Shown: positions 24,793 to 36,162 of the stretch, in pieces | Layout: every line of letters begins with the position of its first letter | Position numbering within the stretch: the stretch's first letter is position 1 | Assembly: GCA_030141605.1 (NCBI GenBank) | Contig: JAQGDQ010000026.1 | Span: 806,001-870,000, forward strand | Length of the DNA stretch: 64,000 nt | Direction of reading: 5' to 3' | Origin: Tubiluchus corallicola | Taxonomy: Eukaryota; Animalia; Priapulida | Notes under the pieces: model-generated | Database searches by the model: none | Told to the model about the DNA's origin: nothing | The model's input: only the letters and a program-made list of their open reading frames with translations | Made by a program: the position numbers and the translations under genes

Positions 24793-27700
24793 TTAATGCC
24801 TTTCTGACGCAAATTTGGCAAATTCTGAAACAAAAAGATATTACAAAAATACAAAACAAACAAAAGGGTGGCCGAGCAGCAAATAGATGTGGATAATAAG
24901 AAAACATAAAGCTGTTTTCTTTCGATTATTACCAAAATTATCCGAAACGAATTTTATTATTTTTGTTCAAATTGTACGTGTCTCATAAGCCTATTAGAGG
25001 GGCGATACGTGTACTTTGAACATTATGATCCAATTTCTTTTTAAAAGCATTGGAAAGTCACTCGTTAATGTTAACATTAAGCTGCAGAAAAATAACAAGG
25101 TTTCAATTTAATTGTCTAGTCGTTACGTATACTCATTTTAGTAAATTGGTACTATTATTATAACACAAAAGGAAAAACTGGAAATTGACAGTGCATTATT
25201 ACGGATACATAATACATGTATTCAGTTTTTTATTTTTAAATTTAAAATTTTACGTAAATATGTAAAAAAATCCTCTTATTAATTTAAAAAGTTTGTAATT
25301 TGGTGTCCTTGTAGTGTTTTTAAAAAGAACGTTTATATTCAACTGTCTTAGGCCCTTTAACGTACCTTACAAAAGTACACACAAACTTTTGCAAAGTAAC
25401 TTTTTCGCCTAAAAACGTGTGTCTTTGTACATGTCAAACGACTCTTACCATGTAACTAAGTTCATGCATGTCTTAGAAAGCGAGAATAACTTACCTTCGT
25501 AGTCAACGTTGCCGTCTCCGTCAGTATCGGCAGCTTTCATCATAGATTCAATGGTGGCGTCTGAAGCATCAATCAGTAGCTTCTGCAAGATGTACTTCAG
25601 TTCGTCTAGGCTAAGCTGTGAAGGAAAATTTTTTATTTACCAAACGTGTAGTAGTGCAATGCCGTTCTGGGGTTGTTCCTGTCGAAGAAAGGGTTTTGTA
25701 CAATATGCACTGATCTATGTAACATCACGCCACAAGTTCCCACAACTGGTGTGCAGCTTTCAAATTGTCTCCAATATAGAAACCAAAAGTGAAGAAAAAG
25801 CGTGGGTACACATGCACTGACTGTGACTGACCTTAACTTTACTCTATGAAAACGCAAAGTTAAGACTATTTTATCATATTTATTTTACTAGCACAATAAC
25901 TACATAAAAATTCAACATGCCCAAGTATTGTTCAGCACACTGATTACTAATAATTTGATTAATTTCTTTTTTGATTTATTTACATGGTAAAATGATCCGT
26001 GTGTAGATTAATTATTTGTAATCTTAATTCAAACTTTTTTATTAATGATTGAATGGCCCTATAGTTGAATTGGTTGATAAATTGTAAGTACTGATTTAAG
26101 ACCTGCCACAGTCACAGCTCTAAGTAGTCCAGGCATAGTCTATGTGGTAATTGTGGCCATGGAGTTGACCTTGTGACCCAAGTGTTGTGACTTTGTGGTT
26201 TAAGCTTTAAAGTAATCTAAGATCAGTAACAGTTATTGCATATTGTAACTAAACTCTTATGTTACGATATTTATGCGTCACTGATAAAAAATGCATTTCT
26301 ACCATTCAGATTTTGTAAGTTTTTCAGTTGAGTAGTTCAGGAAAGTAAATCACCGTCAGAAGTAATGATTATTATTTGGTGTCATCAGGGATTATTTAAA
26401 ATCCAATTCAGAGAATGTGAAAAGCATTAACAAAAGCACAGAAACGTCACAATAATAAAGCAATGCTTTACAAAATTTAAAACAGTTTTTCTAGTAAAGG
26501 TCCTGTAATGCCCATAGTTACTTTCAATGACTTCAACTTGGTTACTTGCAATTTTACCTGGAATATAAGCCTGAACTTTTACCTTTGTAATCTCAAGCAT
26601 TTCTGACGCTCATGATTATTAAAGCTTCATTTCAAAAGCGTTGCGAACGCTACTTAAAAGGGATAACCACTGTGTTAATTTTGTATTTTTTTGCAAATGT
26701 TAATTTCGGTTATAGCAGCGTAACAATAATTGTTAAATTTCGATCTGATTTTCGTCATGATGATATGGTACTGAAGCAGTTATTCAGTTTTACAAGGCAA
26801 GGCTTTTAGGGTTGCAATTTTATAATAGCAGAAACTAAACTGATTTTAGCTTCAGCAACTGACAAATTGAATTTGGCGATTGTATACATGAAGCATCCAA
26901 ATGCCAATACAATTATTCGTGTGAATCGTATTATAGTATACCTTTCCATTTCCATCCAAGTCAAACAGCCTGAACGCCTCGCTGTATTCGAACTCGATGT
27001 CTCTAATTTGAGTCTTACTTGCCATGTAGTTTAAAAATGCTTGCAGACTCATGGCGTTTCCTGTATTCAAGAAGAGATTATGTTCTTAGATGACACCATG
27101 AACTGCTATGGAAGAACGTAGGTGCATTTCAAACCTTCATTCGCACCCCCACCCCCCATTTCATCAAGTTACTTTTTAGAATTCGGCCTCAGGCCTGCCG
27201 TCAAATGTTGATTTTCTTTTTAAATTCGCCACTGGTTTTTCACGCGAGCTTGTTTTGAGTGAAGTAACATTGAGATATGGGCGAGCACGTTTCACAAGGG
27301 GGTAGAAGGAATTTGCCATGAAAATGTTCTAAGTTGCCCTAACCTAAGTGATTTCGAAACAACTGCAAACAATAGATCACGTAATTATATTGACTAACAA
27401 AAGTGTCTAGAAAACAAGATATTGATATTTATGTAGTTATTGCCTCATGCTGCTAGCTTATATTTATACATAATTGTACTCGGTATAACATGTAATAATT
27501 GCAATAGTAATAGTACATAAATGCAAGAAATCTAAGCTATAATAACTTTTACTAAAAATTAGTCTAACAAGACACCAGCCAAAGGTTCGTCTTTTCACTG
27601 AGCAAACATACAAATACTCTCAGAAATACTTTTTCTAATGTTTTGGAAATTCAAAATAAAAAAATGGTAAATAAATAAATGATGATGAAAATCTGTTTTC

Positions 27701-28139
27701 TTTTTGCAAACATGTCTATAACCTTGTCAGTACATTGATAATTATGCATTGACATTTATGTAAAGGGCTTGCATGGTTTAGTGAACACTGTAATTGCAAC
27801 CAGCAAAAAGAGGTAGTGCACCAAGCAGGCAAGAAAGCAATTTTTGAATATTGAAATCTTAAATTTTGAAATTTTAAAAGAGAATTACTTGTTCTGAAAA
27901 TAAGCAGCTTTTGTCATGAAAATGTACAATGCATTTCAAACAATGGTTGAATTATGTATTAACAGAATCGATTTGTATACCTACTAACGTGCACACTTTT
28001 TGCTAACCGTATTGTTTTATGACATGATAGATTTTTAAACTTTTGTAATTGTCCCCTTTTCTCCTTAGTGGATTATTGTTAAAATCCAGATGCTGTAGTA
28101 CTAATACTTGTATGTATACAATATTTTGCGAATAAAGAT

Positions 28140-28191
<52 letters not shown>

Positions 28192-28872
28192 TGTATGTAT
28201 GTATGTATGTATGTATGTATGTATGTATGTATGTATGTATGTATGTATGTATGTATGTATGTATGTATGTATAAATGTATGTATGTATGTACGTATGTAT
28301 GTATATAACTATTTGCCTTGGATCTCAACCCCCCACCCCCCCCTCCCAAAGCTCTGTCTTGTACGCCTGAATTTTTCAACTGTTTAAGTGGCCGGTCCTT
28401 GAGACTTTCAAGCTCATTTTATCGACTTTTCTGTCTTATGTTCTCTGCTAAAATTATGATTTACTAAATCAACATAAAGGATCGATTGGGGGTCGGGCCT
28501 TTTTACTTTTTTCTTTTCTTTGCATGCAACTGCGGTGGAGCAGTTTCAGGGTGGTATAATACAATCATTTAAAGTCAATGTGAATTAATACAGTTTAATA
28601 TACCATGAACATCAATGCTGGCAATCATGTCGCATGCTAGTAGCTTAATATCGTGATTTGGTGGGATAGTTCTCCTAGAAAGGAGTTTCTTCATCAGTAT
28701 TGTAAGATCGTCAACGGATAAGCCATCTCTGCTGTCACCTCCCCATGAGTTGAACACTGACCGATAATCTGAAATCAATATTTCCAATGGCTAACTTTCA
28801 GGGAAATAAATACGGGACAAATAACAGGTGGTGGTGGTGGTGGTGGTGGTGGTGGTGGTGGTGGTGGTGGTG

Positions 28873-28904
<32 letters not shown>

Positions 28905-28905
28905 C

Positions 28906-28987
<82 letters not shown>

Positions 28988-30108
28988 CGGTAGCAGTAAT
29001 AGTAGTACTAGAAGAAAGGTGATATAAGTGTAAATAATAGTGCTAAACACCCATAAGACTCAATTTATTATTTTTTATTCCACATTTTACTTTAGATTGA
29101 ACTAGCAAGTGAGTGTGAAGTGAGTAATGGCTAGTGACCACTCAGTAAAGTTGAAAGTGAGGTAAGCTATCTATATACTGAAACTGTTATGAAATACGAA
29201 AAAATCTCTACGAAAACGTGAACGCTTTTATTACAATGAATTGATCATTGAAAGACCGCTTGGATGAACGTATTTAAACGCTCTGCATAATAATAATAAT
29301 AATGTTATTACTATTAATAATAATAATAATGATTATTATTACTTACTTCGGACATCGTCTCCGGTTAACGTGAAAAATGCCTATAATGGAAAACACAAAT
29401 CAGTCTTTGATACACGTGTATAATAGAGACCGTACGGAATTTTAAATTTTCATAGTACGTGTACAATCAATACATAGTAAAATTAGTGTGAGGTTGGCAG
29501 CCTTAAGCATGGATTTTGATAGGTAAATATATATCCAGAATATTTCATAAATTTCGTACACGGAAACCCTAATAATCTAATAACGGAAACCCTAACAGTG
29601 TAACATTAGGCAAAATCTATACAAAACAAGTAATACTGTTCAGATTGTTTGGCATTGAATTAGTACATTTTGCTAATGATTTTTTATTTTACTGATTATT
29701 AAAGTGTGCATTAATTAGGTTTAAATGCTTAAGGAACGCAGTACCATGAAAAAAGTAAACGTAGGCCCCCAATTTATTATTTGTGCACACGTGAAAAATA
29801 GGATTAGGATTATTCCGGTAATTTTTTTTCCTAGTATACGTAACGTAAATTAGATTAAATTCATTCGTCTCATTTAAATTCACACATATAATAACATACA
29901 ATGTTTCTTTGAGATGCTAAAATTAATACTACATTGAGACGGGGTGGCGAAAGACCAAGAGGTCACTTAGCAACCACTAATAAATGTAATAAACTAACGT
30001 TTAACATATAAGCCTTTTTTCATACATATGTCGTATAATTCTGATTAATTAATCATCGTTATCCAATAACCAAAAATTGATATTAATTATAAAATGGTTA
30101 CTCACCAT
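24793..30108 (-). CDS. Divergent calmodulin-like EF-hand protein, 157 aa, 6 exons
   Basis: Exons 30108-30106 (ATG only), 29380-29347, 28768-28604, 27060-26942, 25615-25495, 24824-24793 (474 nt, in phase). EF3 loop DLDGNGKLSLDE and EF4 loop DTDGDGNVDYEE are canonical. The intron right after ATG and the short exon 2 match calmodulin-family gene structure. Confidence 0.88.
28139..28305. repeat. (TA)n + (TATG)n microsatellite
   Basis: Directly visible. Confidence 0.97.
28827..29006. repeat. Compound trinucleotide repeat (GGT)n(AGT)n(AGC)n in intron 2 of the calmodulin-like gene
   Basis: Directly visible; explains the poly-V/L/P/A ORFs. Confidence 0.97.
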
Positions 30109-30200
30109 GTTAGCGAAGTTTCGCAAGCGAAAACAGAAAAGTAAAAGAGAACCAAAGTAAGAAGTGGCTGATGAGCAGGAAAAATAAAAAGGCGTGTCTC

Positions 30201-30210
30201 CTATTTATAG
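30201..30210 (-). promoter_or_regulatory. TATA box (TATAAATA) overlapping a MEF2-consensus site (CTATTTATAG) for the calmodulin-like gene
   Basis: About 95 bp upstream of the ATG exon; pyrimidine-rich Inr-like TCATC about 30 bp downstream on the minus strand; matches YTAWWWWTAR exactly. Confidence 0.65.
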
Positions 30211-33186
30211 TTCTTGACCACACGAAAAACTACATTACTGGCAGGTTGAGGTAGAAGAGGGGCAGCAGTGAGAGAAACTGCCTTTTTCGTGAATAAGAAT
30301 TAAATAATAAAGAATTTTAGCGCCACGTCTTAGTAACAGTCTTACCCGTGCATAATCTAAGTGTTCATAATTTATCTAGTGTAAATAAATACTCATAATA
30401 TGCTTCCATCCTCTTCAAAAGTGCACGTATAACACCTACTTCAGGTTTTGAATAATGACGCTTAGGATAGGTGTTTGTCAAAATGACAGTGACTAACTGT
30501 CCTTGCCCTTCGTTTGGTTCAAATATTTCTCTGGGGGGAAACAAAACTTGTTTGCAGCTAGACACTTTATTTCGAATGTCAACTAATATGTCATCATAGC
30601 CAGTACCTAGCCAACATCTATTCTACCTCGGAGTCTTTGTACCAGGCCCGTATTTTGGAAAACTCCTAAGCTAAAGAGGAAAGGTCTATTGTAACTCGCT
30701 CTCTAATGCATTTTGCAGTTACAGCAGTTGTTTTTTCCAGAACTGCCAAAATCAGTTTTTATTAACATTTATAAAGCGACGACAGTGCGCACTAATATAA
30801 AGGTACTCTACAATACATCACCTAAACTATTTCGGTACTTTTTATTTCAGCGGAAGTGGTCGATACTGACAACTCATTAACACAGAAATGTGCAGTTTTT
30901 TGCTTCTGATACTGGGACTTAGTTATTTTTGTTGTCTACCCAATTCGGCGAAGCACCCTAGTTTAAAAGCCTAAGTGTCAGTGAGCAAGCGCAATAGGAC
31001 GTTTTAGGCTACTTATTGTAAGCATAAAGTAATAGTAGCAATAACTAGCAACAAATAACAAGAACTATGCTGCTGTAAAATACAAATTCGTACTCACATG
31101 ACAACAGCTAGTGTCGTTTTTTGAAATATGAAGCACTTACAAGCTAGTTAAACATAAAGCCTAAAATATTATGCCTTAAGTGAGTCCCGAAAAAACCGTG
31201 TGTTTTATCCTGGGCACCTTGTACTTAGTCGCACACAGCAAAAAATATATGTATGCGCTAACAGGGTACATGAATGTCTCACACAACACAAAATTTCCGC
31301 TCACACGGCAACTTTTGCTTAAAGTTACCTTTATTTGGTATGAGTAATCACAGAAAATATTTAGTAGGTGACACGTGACAAAACGATTGCTTTTTACTGG
31401 TCTAATTTGGTTTTGTGGGATCCAAATTATTGCACATAGAGCGCATACGGGAGCACCACGAGTTTGTAAACACAAGTTGTTACAGACATTTTTTGCCGTT
31501 TACGTACGGATTAATTGATCTTTATTAATTTTGCGTTACTGAGTTGCTCGCTTGCGAAGTTACGTTATAAAATTATCTGCTTCGCCGTGATGCTGTTCTC
31601 GTTCTCGCCCAGGTAATATTTTTAGCCAGTTTTTATATTGCGGCTTCACAATAGTGGTTACTCTGTATGCTAAATTTTACGATAATTGGATCATGGCAAC
31701 AATAAACGACGTTCTAAATGACTCAACACATGGATTCCATGACAACGGTAAATAGCAGTCTAAATGATACGTCCAGGCAGTTGAGAAAAAAAAACTCAAA
31801 AAGCGAGTAACCCCGATAATTAAAAAAATGCTTTGCATTCCGGACTAGTCTTTATTTAGAGGTGAAATCTCTGCTGAACATGGTACCATTGATGGTGAGA
31901 CGTACGGGTTTAGTTTTTTAAGTATTCAGTAATGTAAACGATGCTGCTACCTGTTGCTGTTGTAGCGGCGGTTCTATTTCTTCTAAAATTACGATTTCCA
32001 AATGATAAATATCCAAGAAATAGTAATCATCAACAAGATTTTTTTAAAAAAAGTTTTGCTTTTATTAATGTTAAGAAAATTTATTGCTGCTAAAGCATAG
32101 AAAAGCAAAATTTCTTAAACCTATATTATGTTCATGATTTCAACTTTTTTGTTAAAAAATTCTTGTCATGCCAATAAATGCAAATCTTTAATGGAAATCC
32201 TCTTAATAATGGAATACAAGTTGCGATAAAACTGGTTAAAACAGAAATACGTGGGAACTGCAAATCTGTCTTCCAAGCTTTTTAATTTAGACTGTGTAAC
32301 TGAGAAAGATCTTAGCTTGCATGAATTTCTTTTAAGTTCTTTCTTGATCCAATCCAACCCAGGAAATCCTCTCAAACCCTTTCAAGAGACGAACACGGTT
32401 TGCTCAACAAAAATGTGCCAGAAGACACAAAAGAGAATAAAAAGAAATCCAAACACAAACTCTATCGTGTTTTATTATAATTAACATACTAAGTACAGTT
32501 ACTCATACCTAGTATTTTATTTTAACAACATAATCAACGTAATATATATATGTACACACACAAAATTGAGTCAATATGACAATTACAACAAAATAACAAA
32601 TAAAAAATTTCTAACTTCAACAAAGAACAAATACAAATACTGACTTTTTCATACTGTAGCTACTTATCACTATATTAATTATTATTATTAGTAATATTAC
32701 CACCAAACAAGGGTACTTACTGAATTTAATGGTTAGTGAAAGCACGATCATGATTTCTGGCCAAGAGTGTAAGTTTTATTGGGTACTTTGTTGACTCAAA
32801 ATTGTATTTGCCATTTCCCAACTAAGCTAACATTAGTATCAGACTAACATTATTTAACTACTATGCATGGGCCACTCTGAATGTAATCAGACTAAGCTAA
32901 AGTCCTTTGCAAATGCTTCAATAGTTTCTAATTTAACTGAATAACAACAGTGGTAATGTGCACAAAAAATATAGTCACTTTCTGACGTCTTTCACCTATA
33001 GCAGAATAAACAAACAAACTCTTACCACATCCCTGTGCACACATGGGAAATACAGCCCTGTGATGGATGAAGAGTTTGAACAACAAGATAAACACTCATC
33101 ATTATTTTATAATAGTGTTCTGGTGACATTAATCAGGAAAATTATAAATCATAACAGAAGACAAATATCCTAATTGTGATTAGTTT

Positions 33187-33645
33187 GGGGCCATCCACAT
33201 ATAATGATATCAAATTTAGGGTAGGAGGTAGGTGGCAGAAGATGTGATAATACCATAGTGCAAGAGGTGACTTAGTCATAATATCGTTATCTGTCTTCAA
33301 GCCTTTTCACGTGCGTGCCAGCAGCAGACGTCGCTACAAGGGTGCAGCTATTTTGCAGTCGATCCCAGAAAGCTGCCATTCTTGTCAATTTCTCTGAGAA
33401 ATCTCAGTTCGCTGTGTTTGTTTATGATAAACTTCCTCATTTGCCACCACACCAAAAATTCCTGTTACTTAACACAAGAGATGTTGTTGCATGTCCTTGG
33501 GAGGAGGAGATGTACAAAGAGCTACATTGGTGTGATAATGATATCAATATAAGGGGCAGGTAGGTGGTGAGACAATAATACAAGGTAGGTAGGCACTTGA
33601 AATCTGCAGAAAACTTGACATCGTTATAATTATGTGGATGGCCCC
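33187..33645. mobile_element. PIF/Harbinger-like MITE
   Basis: Perfect 15-bp TIR GGGGCCATCCACATA / TATGTGGATGGCCCC; repeated GGTAGGT(G/A)G subterminal motifs; TSD not clean, so the superfamily call is tentative. Confidence 0.75.
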
Positions 33646-33711
33646 CTTATAAAAAATACCTAGTTACCATTCCTAACCCATACAGAAGGCAGAAGTATTA
33701 TGTTCAAACTA

Positions 33712-34447
33712 CAGTGGACTCTCGTTACAAGAATCACACGTATAAGAATCAGCTCGATATAAGAATCAAAATCGCGTTTCCCGAATTGAATCGGCATTTT
33801 CCTAGTGAAAATCCGCTCGTATAAGAATCACCCTTCTTTCGATAGTAGAATCAATTTTGGCGCCAACTCCATTGTCAGAGATTTCAAATTTGTTTGTTTG
33901 CGTGTCAGTCAGTTGAAAAATGGCATCCAAACGGAAAAGCAGAAGTGTGAGTGAAAAGGTGAAAATCATCGCCGCTTATGATGCGCTTCCGAGGGTTGGC
34001 CAGCGAGAAGGTGGCACGAGTCTTCGAGGACAACCTTCAATTGAAACGGTTGGGGGCCGAAATTGACCGCCTCACCAGAGGAGAAATGAAGCAAAGCAAG
34101 CTATCGATATTTTTCAAGCAGTAGATGTAGAGTTTTCTGTCGTCTCCAGCACAATTTCAGGAAAAAAATTATGTGCAGTAAAAAAATTTCAAGGCAATTC
34201 TGGCATCATGAAATATTTACCCAACCATGAAATAAAAACATTAGTCTAGGAATTTTTAGGTCCTTTTTAGGCCAGAAAAACATTATGCTGTTTCATGTCG
34301 TTTCTAGCGTAATTTCGGGAAATAGATAATTTTTATGTGCATAAAAATTTTTTAAACCAATTCTGGGCCATGCTCGTTATAAGAATCGCTCGTTATAAGA
34401 ATCACTTTGCCTTCTCCTGAGGTGATTCTTATAACGAGAGTCCACTG
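33712..34447 (+). mobile_element. pogo/Tigger (Tc1-mariner) internal-deletion derivative
   Basis: TIR CAGTGGACTCTCGTTA(C/T)AAGAATCAC at both ends, flanked by TA; transposase N-terminus MASKRKSRSVSEKVKII (33920) and C-terminus MKQSKLSIFFKQ* (ends 34124); repeated CGT(T)ATAAGAATC subterminal motifs. Confidence 0.92.
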
Positions 34448-35260
34448 TATATAGTTCTAGAACAGTATAGTAGTCTTTACTTATAAATAACCTTACATCC
34501 ATTTTTCTATGAAATACTAAACAAACATCAATGGATTTATGAATGATGTTGTAAGTTATAAAATTCCAAATTCTAGAATTCCTAATTCTTCTGCACATTA
34601 TGCTGATAAGTGGACTTCGAACTGTTCATATTTTCATAAACAAAAACATTCATAGACCCATTCACGTTTTTTAGGCATAGTACTAGTATGCTTTATGTAG
34701 AACTTTAAAGAAACTCATTTTATAACAATACTTACTGCAAGCTACATAATTACGTTTAACAGAACAACCACCGAAACATAAATGAAGATTTAGCCAATGA
34801 TGATAATTAATTAAGAAAAACTTGCAACATAAACAAAGTAACCAACAATATCGTGCACTTAAAGTACTGTTCAATTAGTAAGGTTCAATTAAAGTACTGT
34901 TTGTACAAAATTATACCTCTGAGCTGGTAGAAGGTTCAAATTGATGACATGACTCATTCCCTTTATCCAGAACTACTGACTAAAAACAAAACTGCACATT
35001 TTATATAAAGATAATGTGAAGTAGAAAATGCAATTTAATTTCTCATTTTACGTATTTACATGCAAAATAAATAATACCCGACATAACAACTGATGCTAAA
35101 GTCAAAGAATTATCATGCTAGACACAGAAAGCAGGAAAAACTTTAGGCACATCCATTAGCATTACATTAGTGACTATAAATATTACAAATCACAGCAACT
35201 AATTTTGAATTAAAATAACACGAAACAACTTTCCCACCAAATATAATTCAATCAAATTGT

Positions 35261-35767
35261 GGCTATCACGTGAACAAATTTCAATAAAAATGTTTTTGCT
35301 TGCACCTAGTACAGAAAATGTGCTTATTAACATGCCAAAAATCTACTGCACACAAGTTGGTGGAAAATCCTCAAAACTGCAGACACCTGTCTGCCCTTTT
35401 TTGTAATGGTAGATATATTTTTCATTTTTAGGGTTCTGAGATATTTTGATAATGTTAGAAGTGTCAACATTATTTTTGATGACCTATATTTTTCATTTTT
35501 AGGGTTGTGAGATATTTTGATAATCTTAGAAATATCACCATTGTTTTTGATGACCTTAAAAATATAGCTGAGCCTTCAGATTAGCCTTCTTTAGAAACAT
35601 CATGCCGAGTTATAGCAAAATTCACGTTTTTTTAATGGCGGAAGATATCTGCAGTTTTAAGGGTTTTCCATCAAATTGTGTGTGGTAGATTCTTAGTATG
35701 TTCATCTGTTTTTCTGTAATAGGTACAAATGTAAACAATTTTGTTGTAATTTGTTCGTGTGATAACC
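35261..35767. mobile_element. MITE with ~125-bp imperfect TIRs and an internal 71-bp tandem repeat
   Basis: GGCTATCACGTGAACAAATT...AAAACTGCAGACACCT aligns to the reverse complement of AGATATCTGCAGTTTT...AATTTGTTCGTGTGATAACC; internal units start at 35414 and 35485. Confidence 0.8.
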
Positions 35768-36162
35768 TAAAACAGAGCTAGATTGACTGGACTCAGTGAC
35801 AAAAATTTGTAGCTCATAAATAATCAATGCTCAGTTAGAAAGTTGAGTGTTTATAAAAATTTATTTTAACTTATATCTGTTATAACTTAACTTTATCTTC
35901 TGGCTATAGTAATTAACTTTTAGCTCCTATAGTATCCTTAATTACTAATTTCTCTCTCACTGTCTCCCACGCTCCCTCCCTTTCTCTCTCTCCGCTGCAT
36001 ACTAGAGGGACAACTACATGTGTGTAAGACGACTCTGAAAATAATATGCTATAACTGAGTATTTTATAATAATTGTACTATGAACACAACTAGCAATAAT
36101 TAAGTTAAAACTCTGACTAGCATATGGTTAGATGTGTGGCATCTGGTAGTAGCAAGATTTTA

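Noticed and set aside
25030-25081. Alternative last exon for the calmodulin-like gene (acceptor TTTCTGCAG)
   Set aside because: Gives YEA* and truncates helix H; the acceptor at 24824 gives the expected EEF helix.
28101-29050. YVCM/HTYI and poly-L/P/V/A ORFs
   Set aside because: Intronic (TATG)n and trinucleotide repeats; only 28768-28604 is a real exon.
30365-30620. Minus-strand ~85-codon open frame upstream of the calmodulin-like promoter
   Set aside because: No ATG start, no recognisable motif and no convincing splice partners.
33712-33860. Spaced AAGAATCA repeats superficially like a CRISPR array
   Set aside because: Short, irregularly spaced subterminal repeats of a pogo element in eukaryotic DNA; no cas genes.
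35878-36090. Solo-LTR-like segment in the DCAF6 3' region
   Set aside because: TG start present but no clean inverted end or TSD.
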